Positions 36,140-48,168 of a stretch of 64,000 nucleotides of DNA are shown piece after piece. The stretch's first letter is position 1, and each line of letters opens with the position of its first letter. The DNA is from Phoronis australis. Its lineage: Eukaryota > Animalia > Phoronida. The translations under genes were made by a program, and so were the position numbers. The DNA lies in contig NMRA01000793.1 of NCBI GenBank assembly GCA_002633005.1, forward strand, positions 3,106 to 67,105, written 5' to 3'. The notes under the pieces are model-generated. The model saw nothing but the letters and a program-made list of their open reading frames with translations. It ran no database searches and was not told the origin of the DNA.

Positions 36140-39100
36140 CAGTGTGTCACCCTTGACAGTTAGTGGTATTACCAACATGAAATATGTATGGTTGCTATGG
36201 TAACCACTTATTGAAGGGTACTGAAAATAAACTCTATTTCAGCTTTGACTGCAAAACCATGTTAGTTGCTGATAACGAATTCTTGCAGTACTAAAATGGT
36301 TACTCTCTCTTAGAATTAAGACTTTACCGAGCTGAAACATGCATTGTTGACATGGTAACTCGGTAAAAATACGTAATCTGACTGAGGTACAGTTATAGAC
36401 TGAGCAACATGCAAAAACTTCAGATTTCTGACCATGTACTGCCTCAATTAAAAAGTTTAGTTCTTCAAAGGTATATCACAACAAGGTGCACACAATGTTT
36501 GATAATTCGGAAAAGGTTACCATGACAACTAACATATATTGTTATTAACAGCAGAAAAATTGAAAGAATCACGAAAAAGGTAATCGATGAGACTCATGCA
36601 TCTAAAAAGAATGAAATAAAGCCTGACCATTGTGGAATCGTATCTGAATAATTCGTTCTCAAAGTTGACCAGGCCATGTTCTTCAGCTGTACCTCATCTT
36701 CCGCCTGCGTACAATTAACCCATTCCTCAGACTGGGCACCAACATTTGTAGGAGGCTGTGGTCTGCTCTGCAGTCTATGTGCACAATCAAGATCATGTAA
36801 CTTTCATTAAACTGACCCCTTTGACAAGGGCTCCTTTGCCACAGCATCATTTGTGTTCAATGGAATGTACGATTCCCATCAACCATCTCCTCTAAGGCAT
36901 CAATGATGACAATATCGTCTTACCAGGCAAATATGATTCTGTGCCATCAGGTATGTAGATACAGTTGTTCTGTTCATATCTGTTCCTAATTTGAGTTGCA
37001 ATTGAAGTGTCTATTCGTCTTACGGTGTCCATACCAATTCTGTGACCTGCAGCTGAAAACAAATATGCTAGTTCTTCTGATCTGGTAGCTTGATGTAGGG
37101 TAAGACCAATATGCTTTGGTGTCAAGTTCCATCTGTTAGAAAGTTAAAATAAAAAGTCCTGCAGTCTTTCTTTGTTTAAAAATGCTCGATTTTTCATCAC
37201 ACAGTCCAAAACACCTGTTCCCGAGCAGTATTGATAGGAAAACATGACCACTGTCAGGTACTATGTTTTGGACATGTTCCCTGTCAAAACTATTCCATCC
37301 ACTGTGGCCGGTTGTTTCTAACAGATCATGTACAATGTCCAGCACATCATTGTTTTGAACCGAGTCAAATCTTATATCACTGTTTTCATCACTTGCATTC
37401 ATTGAGGCTAGTGAAGACGCAATAGTGCCTGCATGATATTTCGGAGGATAAGTAAAAAGTGTCCCTTTGGTTCAATATTCCGTACGAAACTTGCTTTGTC
37501 ACTAAGTATCTTTTTGACATTATCATAGAAACTAGATCGTTGAGCTGCATACTTCCTAGGATACTGAATGCCTTGCTTTGATGTCAACTGTTCATTAGTA
37601 TTCCAAATGACTCCCATTTCACACACATGTCCTTGATTCAGTCCTGATCTACATTTCATTACATATGTAGTTAAAGCAAATGTTCATGTTTATACTTTGC
37701 TCATCGCCAGACGTTTTGGCTTTTTTGGAAGCTGACGTAACATTTAGGATGGTACTTGCCATCAGCAGCAACAAGATAATTGACATTAGCTAGCCTGACT
37801 TACATAAAAATCTCTGTTTCTGAGAGTGTGAGAATTTTCTTAGATGTTTCCAGAGTACATACGTTGTGCAAAGAAGAAGTGATGTCACTTTTCTGACAAA
37901 ACGTGCAGTGGTCCCAATCAACTGAAGAACAGGCCATTCTTCCACGTGATGAATGAGGTTGCACCTCTGGTGGGGTTGGTGGTGGTGACTGCAGTGCTGC
38001 TGACAATGTTTTGTGAAGTCTCGTAATCTTCCTTTTATCCATAAACGCTCCATAGCAGGCATCATGTTGCCACTTTACTTCTACACTTTGATGACACACT
38101 GATATTACTCTTGATAATTCCATATGCTGAATGTTGCTGGCACTCTGTCACTCGTGGGCAGCCTCCACGACTCGAAATATACCTGCGTCTGAGCATGCTC
38201 TCAACGCTACATTTTTTGAAGACTGACAAAATATGCACAGCCTTAAATCGTTTTGATCACATTTGTTTAGGCCAGAACAGAAGCACGAACTTTAAAATTA
38301 GCGCGTAAGTAAATAACGACATATCTATCCAATCCAACGTTACGGTTTATTTCAGTAAACCATTCTCAAGGAAACAGTTACAAACACAAAACAAGCGACA
38401 CAGATAGAGAAGAGACTGTACAGGTACACATCAAAATGCATTGTGAGGGGGAGAGACCACAAACCAAAACAGTTGGAGCTCAAATGAACCAATGTTTCTA
38501 TTGTATTCCTTTGTTTTTTTGCTAACAAGACAACAGAAGGTACCGTAATATGTGGTTCTTCAATTTTCCTTTTACGATCTATTGCTGCCTTTGAAGTCAC
38601 AACACAATGAGGGGGAGCTATCTAAGCCTAAGAAAGCACAGAGAAAGGAAGAAAAAAAATATGCAAAAGCAAAGACAAGATATTCAGTGAGAAACAGTGA
38701 CGTGTAAGACTTGCAAAGGCTATAGCCATGTTAAGAATTTCGGGACAACGCTCAGTAAATTAACATTTCATAGCAGATCCGGATAATGGGGGGTTGGGAT
38801 AAAAAGATTGATTGCCCATGAATTTTGTTTGGTCGGTTACAGTGTCCTCAGAGATTTGTTAAGGTGTGTTAATTAGAGGTGTTGAAGCCCTACTGAAGCA
38901 GACTGAACAGAAAGAGGAGGTAAATACAGGCAAAGTCAGAAAAATCAACAAAACATCTGACTCAAGATTGGCAGAATGCAAAAGAGTTGAGAATCTTCAA
39001 TCAAAACTAAGAACTAAATTCGCATTGCACGCTTCAAATTCAAACTGAAACAATGGCTAGGGTGTCTAGTAACTTCATTGTCATATAGTTTGAGTGGGAT

Positions 39101-39490
39101 TAAGCTTACCAGTACAAGTAATTTTCGAATAAGTCTAAGTCAAATTCACGGCTTCCGCGTATTTGAAAGCAGACATACAGGACGTTGGGTGAGTATGTAA
39201 TCTTGCTTATCATTGGCTAGTGTATGAATATTGTCCAATGAGAATGGTGCTTACTAAATAATCTGATGGCCTATTGACCTGTCTTATTATAATATTACAA
39301 GTTTGCTGAGAAATAAGCCCAGTTTTAAAAAACAATAACTTTATTAATACGTAATTTTGAGCTTGGTAACCCCCCAAAACAGTGGTCTGCAATGTCTTGA
39401 GATGATTCTGACATGTGTTATTTGCTTGTAACATGACTTGGCCATCAAAATTTTATTTAAATGACTTTTCAAGAATTGGACGGCTGACTA
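36140..39490 (-). mobile_element. Decayed Academ-like DNA transposon
   Basis: Minus-strand fragments KWQHDACYGAF, DW..CTFCQK, LVAADGKYHPKCY and TPKHIGLTLHQATRSEELAYLFSAAGH..MDTVRRIDTSIA; terminus reads TAGTCAGCCGTCC on the minus strand at 39478-39490. Left boundary approximate. Confidence 0.65.
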
Positions 39491-41392
39491 TTGTCACAAA
39501 TTGATTTTCAGAGTGACGCATGCTCCATGTTGGTACATCTTGTACATGTATACACACACAAAAATATCGCCGCCTCTCACGACTGGCAACACTTTCTGTG
39601 ATAGACGGTGCGTGTCACGAACATAGCCGCTCCACTTCAAAATCATAGACCGACTCCCCACGTGTCTGCTGGGAATTTCGTATTCAAGAATATTTGCACA
39701 TTAAAATGAACTCAGGTGCGAAAGAGAACTCTAGACCTGGAATGGCCAACTCCCGTACGTGACCCATGCATTCTGTTCTAGTGTTAGATCTTCGGAAAAC
39801 GACATTTCACGGGACTGACCACGAGAGTTTGGACTATGAATTTCCGGTTCGTTGTGTCACTTTTTTTCTTAACAGAGTCATTAATCAAGACTCTTGAGGT
39901 ACGGTTCCAAACATAGAAATTTCTCAGCAAGAGAAATGGTACGTTTCATGGGTTTTTACGGCACCTGCGATTTCACATTCGAATAAAAAACGCGTCACGT
40001 CTCCCTTTCGACACAAAATGCTGTGGGCACACGTTTTTGTGTTGCCGCTAAAATGTCACCCTTACTCTTTGGCATATACCTAGGTGTCCCTCTTTTTATA
40101 TCGGGCGATCAGCGGGAGCGTCGCCCAAGGGCTATACGTGAAACAACAGGTCAGGTGGCCACACAGGTGTAGACAAAAATCTTGTTGACGGCGAGCAGTG
40201 GAAACCGCCATACTAACAAAGACATTAAACATACTTCCAAAGTCCCTCAAGCAGGGAGGTAAGCTGGCCGAGCAGAAGCGGTGAAAATAATTCAACCCTA
40301 TGTTCCATATCAACAAAAACACCGGAGCAAACGAATGTAAACAGCTCTCACGCACGCGGGGCGGAACCTGCCTCGAGAGATCAAGGTTGGCATTCTTGTT
40401 CTACAGTTCTATGGTTGCAACAACTAAGGCAATACAAATACACAACAAAAGCAATGGAAATAAGACAACCAAGTACGCAGATAGCTTCAACTGCCAGTTA
40501 GGTAATGCGAGTTTGCAGATTCAACCAAGAGATTACGCCCTGCCGTCAAGATCCACAATGATTAGCAGTACTTTACAAGGGAAATGCTTGCGATGTGTAT
40601 GAAACGACCAGTGGCCGAGTTGAAGAATGGTTTGGTACTCGGCGCATTCCACTCTGAAACGACAATAAGACCAGCTCCACACACGGCCTGGGAAGGTATT
40701 CTGATCTTTAGTGATGGCGTCCCTGCTACTATTATGATACAATTTCGACCCGCAAGTATGGGTAGAAATGCACATTCACATAAAATTTGTATTTTTTCCT
40801 ATTATGTAACCACGAGGAATTTTGGCACTTAATTTGTTGATATGTTCCCTGAGAGTTGAGAAGGATTAAGATTAATCACTTTCATAAACCGACAATAATT
40901 ATCAACAACTCTCTGTCACGTTCGTTTGCAAACGCGACCAAACTCGGAGTTTGATGATATTTTGATGACTCTACCAGTCTATGAACACAATCACATGATT
41001 TTCACCTGCTTGCCGATTGGTTACCATTCACTTGATTCTCCCAAACTGCATGAAACAGTTTTGAAATTAACGTACATGACCAATCTTTAGCAAATTTCAA
41101 ACTACATGTAGTTTTATCATATATGGCAACCCGACCACACTGTTAAACTTTCGTCCAAATTCTAGCGTATTTTCTAACTTTTAGATCCAGTCGTAACCAG
41201 AAGAGGTATTTTCATATGAAAAAGCATGATATCATCTTGTAACATAGAGCATCAAAACCAATGACAAGCGACCATTTCTGTTTTTGATAACTTCTTTTAC
41301 GTCCCTTTCTCTTAAATTTTCCCTTTGCCGAACTATCAAGTTGAGCGGTGTAGCTGCGAATATTTGAAAGACAAGTGCACTGGATATAGGCG

Positions 41393-43893
41393 TTTATTAC
41401 TCTGCGCGTGTAAGCGCAGAGTACTGTTGTTCCTGGGTTTTCTTCATTTTTATTCTTCTTATTACTCTGCGCGTGTAAGCGCAGAGTACTGTTGTTCCTG
41501 GGTTTTCTTCAATTTTATTCTTATTCTTATTCTTATTCTTCTTATTCTTCTTCCGACCAACTTTGAAGCTTAATAACTCCAAATTGGGTGCAGGTACGGT
41601 CTTTAAATTCAGCACATGTGGTCTGACAGTATATAAATTTTGATTAATTATATAATCATATTCCATATTGCACCGGAAGAGGTTGTTTGGTGCAAAGGTC
41701 ATATAATTTTAAAAATACTACTCCTCCTACAGTTTTAAAGCTATCTTTTTTAAATTCGGTGCACAGGTATAAGTCAACATGACAATTTAAAAAAATACTT
41801 TTCTAAGTAATCGGGTCATCCAATCAGGTGAAATAGTCAAAGGTCATTAGGTGCAAACCAAAATTTTGAGCTAGACACTTCAAATTGACAAGTCTGATTG
41901 CCACAGGTAAATCAAACAGGAATCCAAAGTTCCTGGTCATTTAGTGCAAACATGGGGTCATTAGGTGCATTTTTCATCTGAAAATTTGACCTTTTCAATC
42001 AGCAAGTATTCTGATGTGTCAACCGTTAGACAACTGTGATTCTCAGCGTTAAACACATTTTCCATGGGCTTTGCAATAATTCTCCTAAAGATGCTTAAAA
42101 TGCACCGGATAAGGTCAATTAGTGCAAAGGTCATGTAACGTTCAAAATGTTATATGTCTTACGTTTTTCAAGGAATTCTTTTGAATTTCAGCAGACTGGT
42201 GTAACTCAACATGCCACTTGAATACCCTACTTTACTTTGCAATAGGCCTAACCAATCAGAAAAAATAGGTCACAGGTCATTGAGTGCAAACTAAAATTTT
42301 GAGCTAGACTTCAGAATTACGTATCTGTTTACTAAGTGCGATTGAGTTTGAATTCTAAATTTTCAGGTCATTTGGTGCACCCATGGGGTCATTAGGTGCA
42401 TTTTTCTTCTGAAAATTTGACCATTTCAATCATCTTGTATTCTGAAGTGCTTAAAGTAAAACATCTGTGATTATTAGCATGAACCACACTTTTAATCGAG
42501 TTAACAATTACTCCCTCATCGGGGCTCATAATGCACCGGAAGAGGTCAATTAGTGGAAAGGTCATTCAAAAAATAATATGTAATTTCTCCTACAATTTTA
42601 AAGAATTCCTTTTCATATTGGTAAACGGGTTGCTGTCAGTAACTTCCCATAATAAATACAGTAATACGCACGCGCAGAGTCCGTTACTGTCACGCCGTGA
42701 CAATAATCTTTCTAGTTCTTCTTATTCTTCTTCCGACCAACTTTGAGGCTTAATAACTCCAAATTGGGTGCAGGTACGGTCTTTAAATTCAGCGTATGAC
42801 CTTTGACAGTATATAAATTTTGATTGCATATATAATCATATTCCATATAGCACCGGAAGAGGTCGTTTGGTGCAAAAGCCATATAATTTTCAAAATGCTA
42901 CTTCTCCTTCAGTTTTAAAGCTATCTTTTTCAAATTCGGTGCACAGGTATATGTCAACATGGCAATTTAAAAAATACTTTTCTAAGTAATCGGGTCATCC
43001 AATCAAGTGAAATAGGTCAAAGGTCATTAGGTGCAAACCAAAATTTTGAGCTAGACACTTCAAATTGACAGGTCTGATTGCCACAGGTAAATCAAATCGG
43101 AATCCAAAGTTTCAGGTCATTTAGTGCAAACATGGGGTCATTAGGTGCATTTCTCTTCTGAAAATTTGACCTTTTCAATCAGCAAGTGTTCTGATGTGTC
43201 AACCGTTAGACAACTGTGATTCTCACCGTTAAACACATTTTCCATGGGCTTTGCAATAATTCTCCCAGAGAAGCTTAAAATGCGCCGGATAAGGTCAATT
43301 AGTGCAAAGGTCATGTAACGTTCAAAATGCTATATCTCTTACGTTTTTCAAGGAATTCTTTTCAATTTCAGCACACTGGTGTAAGTCAACATGCCAATTG
43401 AATACCCTACTTTACTTTGCAATAGGCCTAACCAATCAGAAAAATAGGTCAAAGGTCATTGAGTGCAAACTAAAATTTTGAGCTAGAGACTTCAGAATTA
43501 CGTATCTGATTACTAATTGCGATTGAGTTTGAATTCTAAATTTTCAGGTCATTTGGTGCACCTATGGGGTCATTAGGTGCATTTTTCTTCTGAAAGTTTG
43601 ACCACTTCATTCATCTTGTATTCTGAAGTGCTTAAAGTAAAACATCTGTGATTGTTAGCATTAACCACACTTTTAATCGAGTTAACAATTACTCCCTCAT
43701 AGGGGCTCATAATGCACCGGAAGAGATCAATTAGTGGAAAGGTCATCAAAAATTTAACACGTAATTTCTCCGACAATTTTAAAGAATTCTTTTTCATATT
43801 GGTAAACGGGTTGCTGTCAGTAATTTCCCATAATTCCAGTAATACGCACGCGCAGAGTCCGTTATTGTCACGCCGTGACAATAATCTTTCTAG
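41393..43893 (+). mobile_element. Non-autonomous Helentron/HINE-like rolling-circle element, two head-to-tail ~1.18-kb units
   Basis: 5' palindrome CTCTGCGCGTGTAAGCGCAGAG, (TTATTC/TTC)n tract, internal GGTCATTAGGTGCA repeats, subterminal inverted copy CACGCGCAGAGT, 3' hairpin TTATTGTCACGCCGTGACAATAA, and CTAG ends at 42715 and 43893. Confidence 0.8.
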
Positions 43894-44215
43894 TTTATAG
43901 TTGTTGTTCCGACATGTACGCCAATCCGTGAAATTTCATGGGCGACAATGATATCACAGCTCCGATTACAAAAACATCTCCCAACATACATGTTGAATGC
44001 TCAAGTGCTAGTAAGAATGCGAGAACACTTTCAGGTACACGAGTATGTCTAATTTACATGCAAAAGATGTCACACTATAAGAATCACAATAGACCTCAAT
44101 AGATACGGCGCGTAATGTGTATACAAAACAAATCAAATAGATGGCGCAAACATCGTCACAAGAGGTCTCACGAGTTGTCACGATTTCCACTGCAGGTTGT
44201 TTAGCAGTTACAGCT

Positions 44216-45123
44216 GGATTGTTTTAAAAACCCCTCGACCCCCACACCCAACCANATCCTCGTCGCCAAAATGTTGTGTTCGTAGAACCAGTAAAACAAC
44301 ACAGATGAGAGTAAATTATAATACGTCTATTTACTTGGAGAACTAATACAAGAAGGGGATGAGCACGTGGCTTGTGGGCATAAATACCACGTGACTATAT
44401 TCTAAGGAAAACCACAAGTAGCATTGCCAATACTCAACAACTTTAAAACTACACGAATATGCCTGGCTCAAGACTGATGGTTAAAGACAGAAAGTAGCAT
44501 AAGAACATGATCTGAAATGGCGTATTGTGGGTGTGCTATCGTTGTCACGGAAATAGTTCTACGAGCGGTTACAAATGACCTTGCTCTTCTAAATTTAGGG
44601 AGAGAATGCGTTAACATGTATACACATAATTACACATTTTAGCATTTGATTTCTGTCGTATACTCGTTTACAATGTACTACATGTAACTTTAATATGCTT
44701 TTTTAACTAAAAGTTTGTTTTTTCAAACTGTATTTACTGAAGAAATTACATTCATATTCGTGGCCTTCTCGCACTCTCCCCATAGTTTGAATCTGCCATT
44801 CAGTGAAGAGCAGACGAGACGATTACACTCTGTCAGGAAGGAGACGATTTGTAACGTTAGTAGGTCTTTGATTTGATGTAGTCGCGTTTTTTTCAAAGTT
44901 GCCGATGGACTCTTTTAATTGTAAAAATAGGGAAAAGTCAGCCAAGACTCGTTGGTCTTGCAAATCAGCACTTGTTCTATGATTTTTGTTCAGTCGAGTC
45001 AAGCTTGTGACGTTGTGTCTCTATCATTAGTCGATGGGGTCGAAGGTCGTGAGTCAAGGGAGTTGTGGGTCGAGGAGGTCGTGGGTCGAGGGGTGTGGAG
45101 TCGAGGGGGTTTTAGAACAATCC
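44216..45123. mobile_element. MITE with terminal inverted repeats
   Basis: GGATTGTTTTAAAAACCCCTCGACCCCCACACCC vs GGGTGTGGAGTCGAGGGGGTTTTAGAACAATCC; a divergent partial relative lies at ~29437-29670. Confidence 0.65.
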
Positions 45124-48011
45124 GTTATAGTTTTACATGAGATATTTTGCCTTTTTGATTTTGAGTTCACTCTTACAGCGTGAACCAGTATTCCCATGCT
45201 CATTGGGGGTAGTACAATAACATGAAGCAAACATGTCCGCCTTATCTTCATGAATGAAGATTGCGCTTGCCAACATAAAGTTTTACTGTTTTTACTCATA
45301 TTTGTCCTTAAAACTTATTGGTTTGACAGTTAACTGAAATATTTGGGCTTGAGAAAAAGACAACGATATTTGCGGACGCAAAAACATCTTTTTAATTATG
45401 TTATTTGAATTACGAAATCAAGCTCCCTTTCTCTGTGCCACTTATGCTGTTTCTAGGACGCTATAGAAAAGTGTCCAGATTTCGTCTCCTCACATATGTC
45501 TTACCTTTGGTTCATGAGATCCGTCATTTGTGTAAGAATATAAGCCTAGAACGCATCTTCTCTTACCCGAAGAGCACATCCACCGAACTCATATCTCCTT
45601 CACTTATATATGGCTTACGGCACCGAGAAACCGTGGCTCACAGGCGGTCAAATACGCCTCACATACCGCCAAACGCGATGCCCTACTCACAAAGCACGGC
45701 TTACTCTCGTTGCCTCTATTAAAAGCACTGCTCCCTGTTGCCCCAACACTGTAATATGCGGACATACAGTCTTCGAGCGCTTTGCGGGGGTTGGATATTG
45801 ATAAGCCTGAACATCGACTTTGGCGGTATCAATGGATTCTAAAGGAATCTTCGTGGACTTGATTATTCATGCTGACTAAACTATCCATTAAAATAACCAT
45901 ACTATTACAGAACTGAACAATTGATCTGTTGGATGCTGTTGTGGTAAGTGACTTTAATTTTTGTTTACATGTGCACATTTTCTGGGACGTATCAGGACAC
46001 GCTAACATTTCAACTCTAAGGAGGCCTTCATACCAGGTGACGTATGTACATACGTATACTTCTTTAGTACGGAGTATCGGATGTTCACGCCGCCCGTGCG
46101 TTGTGCCTAATCTGTTCTAAGTGGCAATGTGACAAAAAGTGTAAAGGGTACACGAGATAAACGCCAAACACACACACACACACACACACAAAACGTAACG
46201 AGGGTGGCGTAGATGAAGTAATATCCCACGAAACATTATTCCGCGAATCAGTGGAGACCGAAGGTTGAGGTCAATACCTGGAATAATGTCGAGTATTTAT
46301 CCCATACTTTTCGAATTCTCAAGTTTCTTTCATTTTCTCGGCAGATTTTCTACATATTTCACCCAGACTGTTCACGAGGCGGATCTCATCCTATATGTAT
46401 GTACTTGCGCGTTCGGTTACAAGTTTTCTCTAGTAAAAGGAATGTAACGGTATATTACTTGATAAGAGATAACAAAGATGAAAACAACGGTAATTGAGCA
46501 TTGAACTTGTAGCATTTTTTGAAAATAGTTAAATAACAACAATATTTGATATTGTAGTTGCTGAGGAATCGGCGCCTGAGTTGCAGACGGTATAATATTT
46601 AGCATTGAAAACTGAGTCAGAAGTGTCACATAATTAACAATTCGAGATGTTACGTTTGGGACCTGATTGCATGTTGAGTGTTATTTATACTGTTGCAAGT
46701 GTATTACTTTAAACTATTTTGGAAAGTTTGGTGATCGAACCGTCCAACCACGTGGGGTCGACATTCACCTACCTTTTGAACTTTCCATATCAGAAAGCAC
46801 AGGTCATTTTTCAGAAGTAAAACTGCTCCCAAAAGCATACGTTTGAATGTTTAGTTTGGGGAATGTACCTTCATGTTATTTTTCGTGATTTGACGTTAAT
46901 TTGTTTCAACATGTGTGATAATTGACCACTTGTGTTCTTATTTTTTCCAAAATAATCATCATTATGATTTCTCCTCCGTAACATGTGCCCATGGAATTCG
47001 CCTCGGTGGGTACCATAGATACGTCGCGTGATCTGTTCTTAGCATTTTACCACCTACTTGACGTGCGAGCGAGTTCATTAGTCGCATGATTTATGTCAAA
47101 ACATAAGATCATGAAAATTCGTTTACATCAATTGTGCACTCTATAATACTGATCCTTTATGAAAATCTCACCCGAGTGTACCCGAGCATTCACCCTGGAA
47201 GGCAAACTTTTTAACTTTCAACTGAAAAGCAGGTTGTCTCTAAGGGTGTGCGATGTGTGCAAATCAAATCTGTTATGGTTATTTCGGTATACTTGGCCTA
47301 AAAGATATATCATTTAAGCATTGAAATGTGTAACTCAATTAATAGGAATTCATTATTTAGTTGATTATAAGTAGGCCCCCTATTGTAGAAAAACAGCAAT
47401 TAATTAGGAGATCAATACAGTCATCACGTGGAACCAGCCAATCATTTTAGATCACCAGGGAAACCCAGGATACAACTAAAATCATCAATATTTGATTGGA
47501 AACAATTACTTGAAAAGCATTTGAAAGTGAATTGGGTATGATATTGTAATACGTGTTTCCGTAGGGTGCATTGTTTTCTGCTCAGTGTCGAGTTGTTGAG
47601 TGAGTGATCAGGTGCGATATATGTTCAAAATTTGCGCAGGGCTGACTTCTCTAACAGCATTGGTTCCCTGTATTCAACTCTAAATTTAATTGCTGCTAAC
47701 CCTGGTTTTGGAATGGGCAGAACTTCTACAGTATTGTTTAGGTTAAGTTTCGAAGGGTAAAACGGGTAAATTCTCCCTTTAGATATTGCACGTGTAATAT
47801 CATTGACATTTTGACATTTTGCAATTCGAATCTTGTGGAATATCTGCACTTAATTGAAGGAGACCGGTGATCGTGGAAGATTAGAATTAGCAGATGAAAC
47901 CAAATGAAACAGTTTAGCATTTCCTACCAACAGATTGCGAGGAAAATGTATAACCCCCAATACATGTGTTCACAGTTGAAGTTCCGTTTCAGCCTAGCTG
48001 TGTATATTGTC

Positions 48012-48168
48012 ATGGCGGCCAGGGCAAAGTCCAAGGAGACGTATGCCTATCTAAAGGGAAGTGATTATCAAGACGTCTCCAATGAAAACCTCACTTTCAA
48101 AGCTCTGTGGAGAGGGTTCCAAGAGAACACGTCGGGTCACGGTTTCAACAGGATCTACCTTACGTCAG
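48012..48168 (+). CDS. DEG/ENaC B exon 1
   Basis: MAARAKSKETYAYLKGSDYQDVSNENLTFKALWRGFQENTSGHGFNRIYLTS. Confidence 0.87.

Noticed and set aside
42531-43900. Duplicated small ORFs MHRKRSISGKVI...
   Set aside because: They lie within the repeated HINE units and have no recognisable domain.
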